A stretch of DNA of 64,000 nucleotides from Paraphysomonas bandaiensis (Eukaryota; Protista; Chrysophyceae), in NCBI GenBank assembly GCA_965644295.1, contig CBFFRP010000164.1:119742-183741 (forward strand), read 5' to 3'. Under the pieces are notes generated by a model, which made no database searches, was not told the origin of the DNA, and saw nothing but the letters and a program-made list of their open reading frames with translations. Both the position numbers and the translations under genes were made by a program. Positions 12,401-24,514 of this stretch are shown piece by piece (position 1 is the first letter of the stretch; every line of letters starts with the position of its first letter).

Positions 12401-15351
12401 TCGTATGTTTTGTTATCGCGGAATATTACACTTTTTTGTGCTATATAGTCGATCATATTCTCGTTCCCTACGAAAAGGAAGTCTATGAGGCCGAAAGGGA
12501 AGTTGCGTTGACTGTCTGCGGCGGCTACCTTCCACACACTAAGACCGGTATATCGAGGGACCTTCTTGCCCCTCGTTGTTATCGCAACTGTGCTGTCTTG
12601 GCCTTTCATATAAAGGCCGCGGAAAGTATTCCTGCGGTCGCTGATGTCCCTGACGTTGCATCGTTAATCGATTATCTCTACAAGTTCATGGACGGCTGTG
12701 TGAAAAAATTTGGATTTCTAAGTAATTTTGGCTGAGTTTTAACTTCTGCATATCTAAAATTGTGTTTACAGGCGTCTGTCATTTCTCTGGTATTCATATA
12801 TCTGCAATATGCGAAGATGAAGAGTTCAAAAAGCTTGTATCTTCCTCGAAATCATCTGTGTCTTCCGCACCTTATATTCCCCGAGCTGTAGCGTGTGTTC
12901 GATATATGCAGAAGACATTGATGGAGTTCAATACCCAGAATAGTATGAATATCACATTGGGTGTCAGTTTGAGTCATGGAAACGCCTTGATTGGGTTGAA
13001 TGGTAGTGTCTGTAATGCCTGCTTTGATATCTGCGGTAGAGCACGTGACCAGGCATTTTATATGTGTGCCCGCCAAACCAACAGGGTAGTCATATCTTCC
13101 GCCTACATAGAAGAGATTAAGCGACTTCGCCATGTTTCTGAGGCATTGTATTATCCGGTTGACTCGAAGCTGCCTTTTTTTCAGGGTTGCCAGCAATGGT
13201 ACACTCTTCAACTGCACGGTGGATACTTTGGGGCATGCTCCAGAGAGCTTAAGGACTACTTATATATAGGGTTCTTGGGCGAAGGGGGTAATGGATCTGT
13301 ACACCTGCTGCGAGACAAGATAAACAGGGTTCAAGTAGCTGTGAAGGGTATACGATGGAGCATGGGAAGGACTTCTAGTATACACCACATCAGACGGGAA
13401 CTAATCATCTTGCAACAACTTCAACATCCTAACATCGTAAACTTCAAATTCTGTATCATTAAGCGCGCGAAGATATATATAGTTATGGAGTACATTAGAG
13501 GCGGTACACTGAGGCAGATTGTTGAAGAGCATAAGCCCAATTTACACGACTTACGGGTCTGGTTTGCTCAGCTGGTGCTTGCTCTCGGGTATCTTCACCA
13601 CCAGGGAATTATGCACCGCGACGTCAAGCCGAGCAATTGCATGATTGATACTTTCGGCCACTTGAAGCTGACGGACTTCGGGCTAGCCATCAAGGATGAT
13701 GATATGACAAGTGGTGGTAGCTGGAGCGCTGTCGCGGATACGAACCATGAGAGCACCCACCCTCATCCCTGTCAGGACGAACACACTGTGGTGCGCATGA
13801 AGTTTTATTACCTTTACCTTTGTCAACGTTTTTCTTCAGGGAGGCGCCTTAAGTCGGTCCACTCAATCTTTAATGCAGAATATATTCCCTATACGAGAAA
13901 ATCTGGATTTGGATAGGAAAATTAAACATAATGAAAGTATTTTGGTTGTAGATAGCGTAAAAGCAAGGCTGCGCCGAAACGTGAAGCTGTTAAAGCAAGG
14001 ATTTACGGTCTGGCAGGCCAATAACGACGATGAGGCCATGGACTTGCTGTACCACAGGGAAACGCACAAGGTTGATCTAATAATACTAGATCTTGACACC
14101 AGCGATGACAGAACCGGAGGGTGGGGCTTTTTATCAGTGCTCTGGGAGCACAGCGAGTGGAGGCATATTCCTGTGGTAGTAATGACTGTGTCTCATGACT
14201 TGGACTTCTCGTCGCCGTGCTGGGAGGTAAGCACTCTTTGTGGGGTCGCTATTTTTTCCTGATGTTGTTTCTGCATATACAGAAGCGATTGCCGGATATC
14301 AAAGTTCGTCCGAAACAAATTTTGTCGCATCCATTAAATTACGAAGCAACGAAGTAAGAAGGAAATGTTTAATGTGAATTGATATAAGTGCTGTTGTAGG
14401 AATTACTTCGAAATGCTCTGTCGGCTAGAGTCGTCCTGGGGTGCACAGCAAACCCCCAGTAAAGGCACCAATAGCTCATCAAATAAATTGCGAGTCCTTC
14501 GTGGCTCCGTCTTTGACAACAGATTCGATGAAGTGTACCGTAAATATCATCATGATCATGCTTATTGTGATGAGACATCATCCCCACCTCAAAATAAAGC
14601 TCGAAGGCGTCTCAATATAAGAGGTTACGGGCTGGTTGGCACTGTACAGTATATGGCACCTGAAATGCTTGCACGGGAACCGTATGATGAGTCCGTAGAC
14701 TGGTGGTCCTGCGGTGTTCTTTTCTTCGAGTGTGTTATGCGTAGAAGGCTCTTTGATGGTTTTGGAAATACCCTTTTAGCTCAAGATATTTTGCATTGCA
14801 ACATAGAAAATCGACTAGAATCATTTCGGCAGCTTCCAGCTTCCCTAAAGGATCTTTTACTCCACATGTTGGATAGAGATATTAACAATAGGTACGATGA
14901 GCAGCTCATAAAGGAGCATTCATTTTTCAACGACCCTGAGACTCCTGTTGAGCCCTATGTTGTGGGGAAGCAGTACGAGCCCATTGGGTTTGTTGGGAAG
15001 GGCAAGCGTCCTGTAGTGGAAAAGTCATGCGACGGATCTCTACCGGGAAGCGCATCTTTCGATGACCTTGTCAGTTTCTCGTCTCAGTTCAAACCTCAAC
15101 CAGTAGCTCTTAATATAGTGAGCGATGAATTGCGGGAGCGTCAAAAGAAAGAATTTTTCAACTCAGGTAGCTTATCAGATTCCTCACGGAACATTAAACC
15201 GAAGCCGAAGGAAGGAAGTAGCAAGGGAAAGAAAGGGAAAGATTCGAATACGTCATACTTGCCTAAGGTTTTGGAAGATAGGGAGAATTCGAATAGCGGA
15301 GATGACGTATCACTCGATGATCGTGAAAATGAAACTACATCTGCGTGGTGA
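9457..15351 (+). CDS. Multidomain membrane protein: TM block - class III cyclase-like domain - TM block - second cyclase-like domain - AGC Ser/Thr kinase interrupted by a receiver (REC) domain; 7 exons
   Basis: Six frame-preserving GT-AG introns (10032-10081, 12111-12159, 12722-12771, 13791-13839, 14227-14282, 14354-14399) join the track ORFs at 9457, 9972, 12154, 12762, 13873 and 14413. Kinase motifs: GEGGNG, VAVK, HRDVKPSN, DFG, GTVQYMAPE, DWWSCG. Cyclase-like motifs: KFGDVWVG, HGRVVGGF, FDVFG. REC motifs: ILVVD, DLIILD, IPVVVMT. Confidence 0.82.
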
Positions 15352-16177
15352 GTAGTAATGTTTGAAATTATTTGCAATATATTATTTTTTTATTGGCGGT
15401 TCAGTAGTTGATATCTACATATATCATACTGTATATTGATCGAATGAATTCCAATTTGATTTGTTTCTGAACTACGCTTTATGTCGCAAGTACTAATTTT
15501 ATAAAGTCATTGTACCAGTAGACGTTGATCATGTTTTAAAATAACGTTATTTCCATTGTATTGACGCAGTTCTGATTTTATTCTGCCAATTATTTCTATA
15601 TGTACTTGCCCCTACGCCCCTACACTGTGTAAAAAGAGACCACCAATAGCCAGTGGTATGTATAGCTATATTTGTAAGATATGCAATTAAGAGCTGTATT
15701 TTAAGTATATGAAGTATGACCGTTACTTAAAGAATACTGTAGTAGTGCATGTGAGTACTGATTACTAGCAATAGGCGTGTAAAATTAGAACTAATGTGGC
15801 AAAACGATTTAACTAACTAGTGCTATTGTAAGGCAATAGCAAGCCACAAGTTGATAGTAGCGATAGTGTTATTAACTTGTTTTATCAGGGTTATCTGTGA
15901 TAATAATGACGAGCATTCCAATCTGTCTTCTATCACAGACTACACCTACAGCTCACACCTTGGACATATATATGCCCTTACTCTACACCAATCCACTGTA
16001 CATATTGGACTGTACATATCCTACACCGTATTGTCATCATACACCGTATAACGGTATACCGTTATCCTACTGTATACTGTAGCTGGCTGTCTTCACTACA
16101 CTGTATATATCCTGTATACTACCAAGCCAAGCTCACATTCCAACGACAGTCAATCTCCTATACGGGGATGACAACAA

Positions 16178-16503
16178 GTGCTTAACTATGATATCCTACT
16201 ATTTAGCGCTACGAAAGCTGCTTGTGCGTCACCGCAAACCAAGGTGCAACCACTTTCGCTCTATCACTCAAAGCAAACGCAGTAAGCAAGCAGAATGTTG
16301 ATATTTGATATATACCTGACATCTGCTGACTTCAGGATTTTTGAGTTCTTAGGGTAAACTGCCCGGATGCTTGACTTCAGCAGGCAGCCCAATACCCAAT
16401 ACCCAATACCCCTGTTACCCTTGAGGTGGGCCCTGTCCCGAAAATCTCTCCGGTACTTATCCCCCAGAGCATCACGAAAAGATGAGTCCGACTTTGTTGA
16501 GGG
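16178..16503 (-). repeat. Dispersed repeat family R1, copy A (opposite orientation to the other copies; a separated terminal fragment lies at ~15762-15824)
   Basis: Its reverse complement matches 32061-32370/33235-33460, 39178-39910, 57081-57425 and 58262-58652 (e.g. GGGCTGCCTGCTGAAGTCAAGCATCCGG, CCTGAAGTCAGCAGATGTCAGGTATA, ATTCTGCTTGCTTACTGCGTTTGCTTTGAGTGATAGAGCGAAAG). Confidence 0.9.
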
Positions 16504-16711
16504 TAGAATCTTGAGATATACAGCTTACGTGACAAAGAAATATTTGAGACACTTTAGATATCAACCTAGAATCAGGTCAAGTATGCTTTTGGTTAAACGT
16601 TAAATTCAAATGCATTACTTCAGGAGACTTTACGAAGTTAAGCTTATAGTTTTGTATCAGAATCTTTTCTTTTCTTCCAGGAATTTTGGGAATCTCCCTG
16701 GTGATATATTT

Positions 16712-16833
16712 CAGGGCCTGGTAACCGTTAATGGTAATGCCATTGTAATTGCCGGGACATTTTTCATTAATGCCATTATAATTGCTGGGAACTGGACTAC
16801 CATTAATGGGCCATTAATGGTTACCAGGCCCTG
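16712..16833. mobile_element. 122-bp hAT-type MITE with intact TIRs and 8-bp TSD
   Basis: TIR CAGGGCCTGGTAACC ... GGTTACCAGGCCCTG, flanked by identical ATATATTT at 16704-16711 and 16834-16841. Its internal CCATTAATGG motifs are shared with the hAT end at ~7410-7532. Confidence 0.9.
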
Positions 16834-17128
16834 ATATATTTACTACTCTGTTGAGTTTTTCCGTTCGAAAGCATGACTTTTGAGATATTTAGATAATGCC
16901 AATCATAGTAGTGAAACTGAAGTATATTCACAGATTGACAGTATAAGATGATAAGATCGTGTCTATAAAAGAACATATGGAAATGATAAGATAAGATATG
17001 TAGTTAAGATAACCTGAATTTGGTAAATGCCAATGAATGATAAGTATTAGGATTCAGTTTAATACATGATTGTTTCTGTGAGTTATAATGTTCAATGAAA
17101 TATATCATGAACTGAATTAGAGAGTATC

Positions 17129-17275
17129 TGTCGAAGATACATGATTGTCATCATAACGTCGTCATTATCAGTTACACTTCTTACTACTCCGTTGTGCATG
17201 ATAGTTATGTTCTATATTATTATTCATAATTTTCACTCTATCGTGTTCATTACTTATACTCTAATAATCACAACA
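17129..17275 (+). repeat. ~145-bp TG...CA repeat (LTR-like), copy 1; copy 2 at 21260-21399
   Basis: Both copies start AGTATC|TGT(C/T)GAAGATAC, share CGTCATT..CAGTTA, TCCGTTGTG and GTGTTCAT, and end ATCACAACA. Confidence 0.55.
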
Positions 17276-17538
17276 TTGTTTTACTATTATAAAGATCAAT
17301 TCTTTGTTATAAGTGATATCGATCGTAATTTATAATACCAGCATTGTGTATACTACGTTCTGTTATTTAAGTCTTATCACCTAAAAATGTCAAATCCTGA
17401 CACGCCCATTGTAAGCACACGCATCACATGACTGGATATAAACTTCTATTACTATCAAGTGTAAAATGAAATAACTATGGATGACACACAGCTACATGGT
17501 TATTTAATAAAGTGCAAATGTTCAAATTTTAAAAATAT

Positions 17539-19826
17539 TCACAACTTCTTTTTCTTTGCACCTTTCTTCTTTGATACATCTTGCTTCTTAATTGGCTTGA
17601 TAGGTGGAAGGGCCTTTATTGTTATGTCGCTCCCAATCAATAACCTTCCAAAATCTGTTCGCATCGGAATACTCTCCCTCACACTCTGGCTATTGACAAT
17701 GGTTTGGCTTCGTTTAGCTTTTTCACAGTTCTTAGATGCAACTACTGATCGAGGATGACGAGAACCAAGGCTTTCGCAGAATACATCTCGTGCCCGTTCA
17801 AAGAGCACCCTTGCTGCGCCTCTGCGACTGAGGCTATACAAGCAACATGCCTGATTGTTCCAAGCTGTCGCGGTATCTGCACTACGGAAACCGTATTCCA
17901 TTTCTCGGAATCGTCCGACTTTGGTAAAACATTTTAGTGCTAGTTCATAATGCAAATTATAGTATGCTAAAAGACCGACTGAGTTAATGAAAACTGTTTC
18001 CCAATCTCCATGTAACTCCGTAGTAGCAATCTCCCATCCCAATATATAATGCAGGAGTGACTGCTCATCGTCGCCGCAACTTTGATACACATTGCCTTTG
18101 CAGGCTAATATATAAAACTTTGATTCCGCTGGTAGAACGATTTCACTGTCATCAACCTCAATCGCTGCAGGAAATACAGGAGGCGCTGGGGATGCAACAG
18201 GTGATGACGAGGCTGGAGGTGGATCAGTTCCGTCTGCGGGTTTTTCAGTCGTAGAGACGCAACTCTTTCGGCGATCTTGCTTCTTTCTCGCTATTATCTT
18301 CATTCGCTCACTCTCTATGAGCTGCATCTTCGCAGTTTCAAGGTACTTTAAGGCTTCTTCAAAACTGCCAAGATTGTGGTGAGCAAGAGCCGCCTCCAAA
18401 GACTACAGCATAAAATAAACATTAGACTCTGATAAAAAATAGTCACTGTCACATACATGCTGTACATGTGAAGGGCAACTAAGTGGTAGTGGGACAGTGT
18501 CTCCTATTACAACAGGCTTGTTTATTTGCTTCGCCCGCCGTTCCACAGACTCGTCTCCATCTGTAGGAAATTGCTCGAGGTAGGTTTCGATACCATCAAT
18601 GTCAGCCATGCTATCAACACGAGCAACCACCTCATCAAAAAGCTTTTCCATTCGTATTATTATCGCCTCTCTATTGTTATTCGACTGACGAGAGTATAAG
18701 TCATCCGGTTTTTTGCTTGCAGGAAGCACGACAGTGCCTGGCTCTTCAAAGGAAGAGGCTACTTTCTTCAGCTCACGCGAAACGGTGGTGGCACTGGGCT
18801 GTTGCACACACACCGTATCACCCACTGTGGGATGAGCAGATACAGCAGTGTTGATTCCAATAGTCTGGAGAAGATCCGTTAGAATCTTATGCAGCGGAGG
18901 GGGGGGGCTTTCTAAGGAAGTAGTAATCTGCCGTGAAAGACCTCGTCCGAAAGCCACCACTGGCTTGTCCCCAGATGTGGCAGTCATAGAAACAGTGTCC
19001 ACCACAACAACTGCAGTGAAACAAAGAAGCAACTGAAACTGGAAACATAGTACCCTCAGTACCGCTATACAGTTAAGCAGAATGAGCATAGAGTACCTGC
19101 GGATAAAGAAGTGTAGAGCTAAGAGTCAGAGAAGATTTCAGCAAGGGGTGGCGCTCCAAAACGTCGCGGGCAAGTGACGTACATTGCTTATAATAAAAAC
19201 ACAGTTACTGAACTGTAAATGCAGTCAATCTATTGTTACCTGTAGTGTCAAGTGTGTCGGAATTAAAGAAACAGCTCCAGCGAATGAGATAAATCCTTCT
19301 ATCTAGAAAAACAGTAGCGCATTATATGCGTATACATAGTTAGGTCATTTCTTCTGCTCACATCCATTCCAACTTCCATTCTTTTGACTTCATCCCATGT
19401 TAATCCGCCCCCAACTTTGACACCTCTTCCAGCGAATGCACTGAATAATCTTCGCAATGGGATATCATACTTTAACAGCACCCTGATTACATGTGTGTCC
19501 ATAGCTTGGGTGAAAGTAGAATTATCACAGTTGTACTTCAAAGATCGCGCATTGATAAGATCTTCAACAAGCTTATCTAAGTGATTTTCATCATCAGGAT
19601 ACTTCACTCCGGAGAGGTTGTCAAGAAAAGTGGTGAATACAGTAAAATCTAAATGGTCTAGGCCTTTAGAATTAGCCACTGTAAATGCGCCAGAGAGGTC
19701 ACATAGAGTAAGATTATTGTCCAATACTGGCCAAAAATTCTTTGCTATTTCAGGGAAATGCACTACACTGTTGGTTCCTAGAGTGCACAGGGCAAATATT
19801 TCCTCCAACTTCTCTTGAATGCTCAT
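17539..19826 (-). CDS. Multi-exon protein with an N-terminal p25alpha/TPPP-like helical region and C-terminal TPR repeats
   Basis: Co-directional ORFs 19299-19826, 18403-19089 and 17539-18399 are separated by short intron-like gaps. TPR-type segments: AALAHHNLGSFEEALKYLETA, KGNVYQSCGDDEQSL, TATAWNNQACCLYSL...LGSRHP. N-terminal AFTVANSKGLDHLDFTVFTTFLDNLSGVKYP resembles p25alpha. Internal exon borders are not fully resolved. Confidence 0.7.
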
Positions 19827-20047
19827 TAGAAATGTTTTAGGGAGCTATTGCGATAAGATGGAATAGACTTCAATATACATACTCTAAATGCAAGAAATCA
19901 ATGCCGATGTCGGAAATAGCTGAAATATGAAGTCGCTGAGTGCATATATCGCTCTTACTATAAGAGAGAGTGTCCAGTTAGTTTGGCAGTTACCTTCATC
20001 CCACGGCAGTATACGCATGTATGCATACAGTTGGCATATATATACGG

Positions 20048-20168
20048 CGGTATAGAAGTACAGCACTCCAAGTACTTTTGTACTGGTGTGTCGCTGTACG
20101 CTGTACTACGGTATAGAAGTACAGTACTCCAAGTAGTTTTGTACTGGTGTGTCGCTGTACGCTGTACT
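20048..20168. repeat. Tandem duplication of a 61-bp unit in a divergent promoter region
   Basis: CGGTATAGAAGTACAG(C/T)ACTCCAAGTA(C/G)TTTTGTACTGGTGTGTCGCTGTACGCTGTACT starts at 20048 and again at 20109. Confidence 0.9.
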
Positions 20169-20307
20169 GTGTATCATGCATGAGTGATATTTTTGTAGTG
20201 TGGTATCAGGTACTCTGTATGTGAATATACTTGCAGACAGATTTACATTTAGTATAGTGTAGGCATTTATAGTAGAGTAGGAATTATCCTAATATTCATT
20301 GTATTTC

Positions 20308-21003
20308 ATGTCAGACTCCACTCTACCTTCGTGGTTAAATGAGGATTTGCCGTCCACTTCGTCGGAGTCCAAAACACAGCCACAGACCATCCATAAACCA
20401 CAACCTCATAGCACTTCACAAAGTGTTCAACATCCTGGATCTAATGCTCAGGAATCACAGCCACTGCCATTATCGCTAAGAAAGAAACGGGAGGCTGTGT
20501 TTTGGGGATGTAAAATCGCAACTGTGTTTCTCTGCTGTCTTATGGCCGTAACAGCATGCATGGGCGTTGCCAGTGTTGACGGCATTGATGATTCTGGAGA
20601 GATAATGGTTGCTATTTATATGATAATATTTGCTGCTATTCTAGCTTTGTTTGAAGTTATTCAAATCAAACCCTGCGAGTCAATAGATCACGTATATCGT
20701 AGAAATTTTGGTTTCCTCTACGGCACAAAGGTATGTGAAGTACTCTCTTCTCCGTAATTTTATTGAATGACTATGTATGGAACAGGGAAAAGCATTTTTC
20801 ATTATATTGTAAGTGTTTATAGTATCATAGTTGTAGTATGCTAATACTCTTTGCCTGCGTGTAGTGTTGCTTTTCTGAGTTTTGGCTTGAAGGAGCCGGC
20901 CAACCTCTGTCTGATGACTGGGATTAGCGTTGCAGTATTTGGAGTATTTGAGCTAGGACTTTACTTGAAGTACCCCGAACTTTTTGAGGATGAAATACGC
21001 TAA
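20308..21003 (+). CDS. COPI-associated / TVP15-family Golgi membrane protein, 3 exons
   Basis: Hydrophobic helices plus RNFGFLYGTK|GKAFFII|FVAFLSFG after removing introns 20731-20785 and 20809-20864. Stop TAA at 21001-21003. Confidence 0.8.
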
Positions 21004-21259
21004 TTTAGGGACTATATTAACCGGCTTGTGTCAGTGTATTTAGTTCTTGTAGGAATGCATTTGAACTGGTATTGTAGTTCGTGTGATGCTTGTATAAGTG
21101 AATACACATGAGTATGCAACAGCAGTGTCTTAATGGATTTAATTATTTATCAATTATCCGGCATACTCCTATCAGAACAACTACATTTCGTTGATTGCTA
21201 TCGCGTTTTTTCCTATAAGGATTCATCTTATTAAAAGACAGTATATCAATGGAAGTATC

Positions 21260-21399
21260 TGTTGAAGATACTTGATCGTCATTGCCAGTTATACTTTTAA
21301 CTACTATTCCGTTGTGTGGCTGTGATATTTATTTTCTGCATTGTTATGAACTTTTCTACATTACTGTGTTCATCACTTCACATTCTAAATATCACAACA
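21260..21399 (+). repeat. ~140-bp TG...CA repeat (LTR-like), copy 2
   Basis: TGTTGAAGATAC...ATCACAACA, similar to 17129-17275. Confidence 0.55.
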
Positions 21400-22562
21400 T
21401 TCTTCTAACTATACCTAAGCTTAAATCTGCGTATCTCCTACTAATTTCAGAGCCGAAGTGCTGTACAAAATCTATATGGTATTGGCAAATGAACACAACC
21501 TATATTGATATTTATTATTATACAAAAAGAGTATATTATCGCATACACTAGCTAGTTTAATATCAAGTAATGAATTACTTTTGATCTTTTGATTGGATTA
21601 CTAGCCACGCATTTCCTTACTTTTCGTAATTTTTCCCATGCAGTTAAAGATTATTATATCAATTAAAAGCATATACGCGATATTAATTGATATATACCAT
21701 TTTTCTGTGCGTGAGATAGTTATAACAATCAAGTATCTAATCACTAATCACATCTGCCAGTCACACACCCTCCACTAAAGGTGATATTCGTATACTTAAC
21801 ACTACTTGATTCCTTTTGTTTCTGTGTTTGGGAAGAGATAATTAATAACGTGATATTCTAATATATATATCGCGCATAACTCTCACCACGAAAAAGGAAT
21901 TATACCACCTTGAAGATGGCGAAATTATACTATCGTGGTCAATAACAATTTTGTAATTGAAAAAGAGATCGATTACTGGAGATTGTTGATGTTATCTTGT
22001 ATCATAAAATCTTTCAAATTCGTAGAATATCAAATGCTTTAAAGGACAGACAGGATTACAGCTAACAGATGGACCTAAGTTTGGCCACGTTAACGTCGGT
22101 ACTATGCTTCTGAAACAGTTTCCATGGCAGTTCTGATACTGGGAATGTAAATAATTATCGCAGCTGACACATTTATATCACACACAGAATTGATGAGATA
22201 TACATGTACATGGTGTATGCATCCATCTGGATATATGCGCACAGTGGTGGAAAAGTATGCAAATATACAAATATACCCATAAAATACAAACGAAAACTGT
22301 ACATTTTGATATCTCCTTCACAAATTTATGATTAAAAATTGCCGAAAGGGAACGGGCACAAACGGACACCGATCATACCACCATCTGACATCTGACACAT
22401 GGTACTCGACCAGGACTGGACATGTGCAAATGGATATGTGGGGTGGGCGGGATGGTGTTGCTAACCTGCTGCATAGAATAGTATTCATTTCACTGTTTAA
22501 GCACCAGTTCAGACGATTCCTCAGAGCTTATATTGAATGGATGTAGGCCTCTCGTTAAGAGG

Positions 22563-23804
22563 ATGATGATGACTATCAAGGAGCCTGCAATGGATTCTGC
22601 TTATCGTAGCTCTGACAATGCTACTGTGGCTAATCCGACACTTGTTAACGAAAGTTGTGAGGAAAAGACGAACCACATGGTCTTATCGTCCTTCTGGATA
22701 GACAAGCCGGCAATATTCGCCCCCACGTATCACTATGAGACTAACCGCTACAAGAACCAGCTTGAGAAGTGGCCTTTGCGAGTTCTATGGAGTAATATGA
22801 ACGATGCATGCTTTAGTACTTTCGAAACTCCTCAGAGGTTGAAAGCTATGCGAAAATCTGCTGCGGACGAGACAATATCTATTCTTCGCACAGGTGTCTA
22901 CAAGAACGAGAACGGTGAACAGGTCGATATTCTAAAGGATATTCAGAATTCCATTGCCTCAAGCATATGCTACGGTCCAGATGCCGTTATTTTTTCGACA
23001 GCTGAAATTAAACCGCTTTATAAAACTACCCAAATAGAAGTGCGAAATGTGAGCACCCTCGAAGCCTGTCGGGACCTCTGGACTCAATGCAGAGGAGAGG
23101 TTGGATGTCTTTGTTTTGCCTCTGGCAAGAATCCTGGTGGGGCTTTCTTGGGAGGATCAGATGGGCAGGAGGAAAGTATTGCGCGGTCGTCATCTTACTA
23201 TCACTGTGTTATCCGGGACCCGTCGCTTTATGAATTCAACCGTATTAACAAAGATCCCTTCCAAAGCGACCACATGATAGTTGCACCACATATGCCAGTT
23301 TTTCGACGAGATACATCACCATATAGCTTAATTGATCCCTGGTATTTGACTGCCATTTCCGCTCCTGCTGTTAATGCAACTTTGGTGAGGGAGCGCCATG
23401 TGTCTGAGGGCGAGGAACGCATTCGGCAACGCATGCGTGCTAGAGTTCGACGCATTCTGACAGCTGCTTATGCACATGGTATTCGGAACCTCGTCCTTGG
23501 GGAGTATGGGTGCGGATCCCTCGGCAATGATCCGAAAGAGGTGTGCTACTACATGGTCTCTATCTCATAGCTGATATAATGTTAATAGGTTGCCGATATA
23601 TTCCGTGATGAGCTGATGCTTCCGAATTCACCTTTCAGATGTGCCTTCGGGCATGTCGTATTTGCAATTCATGATACGCCTACCACCACGATAGGTGGTG
23701 GACGACCTAAGATTCGCTGTCTTCCGGCGTTTGCAGATGTGATTTGTCCTCTGGGTCGAGTTATCATTACAAGTGCTGATGGGTCGGGACCTCGTTACAT
23801 ATGA
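22563..23804 (+). CDS. Bacterial-type poly(ADP-ribose) glycohydrolase (TIGR02452/DUF2263 macrodomain), 2 exons
   Basis: LCFASGKNPGGAFLGGSDGQEESIARSS (PARG catalytic loop with QEE), AISAPAVN and LVLGEYGCGSLGNDP. Intron at 23541-23589. The start codon is uncertain. Confidence 0.85.
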
Positions 23805-24514
23805 TATTACTTACTTCTCCTCCACCGAGAGAACATGGCGTTGCGATGTGTACAAAGAGACGAAGTTTAAGTTAAGCTCATAAAGATAACATTTATATCT
23901 AAATTAGCGATCATCGTATACTACGTAGCAGTGCGTGATATCATTTATATTTGAATTGAGATGCTTATGATTGTAATGTGGTTATTTAATTACTATTTTC
24001 TGTCAGTGTTGCATGTTGCGGAATATCTCATTTTATCCAAATAGGTACTTATACCTTGATCATTGATAATTAATATGATTTACGCATTCTTTATAATAAA
24101 TCAAAGTTCAATGTGATATCATATAGTGGTATTATTGTATATGAAAATCACAGCAGCTATATACATTCATTTCGACAACAGTCAAATTACACACCACGGC
24201 GTCTAAACGAATATATTTCAATGTTCGAAACTTCCAATAGGATGGTGTAAATTTAACAACTGAACCTTAACCTTACTCAGTAATCAATTCATTAAAATCC
24301 TGTATACTTCAATTAACGGCCCTAATTCATATACCCTAGAACTACAGCTTTTAATTGCTTACAATTAAAATTCAACATGCAAGACGAATAAAAAACTTGA
24401 GTAACGACTACAAAATAGAATAGACAGGTGCTATGAAAAAAAATATTTTCCCTTTCAGAAAATACTACCAATTGACAGAAAAAAACAAATAAAAAGATTA
24501 ACTATCAATGACTG

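Noticed and set aside
20048-20168. Possible CRISPR-like repeat
   Set aside because: Two adjacent 61-bp units with no spacers, in a eukaryotic context with no cas genes.
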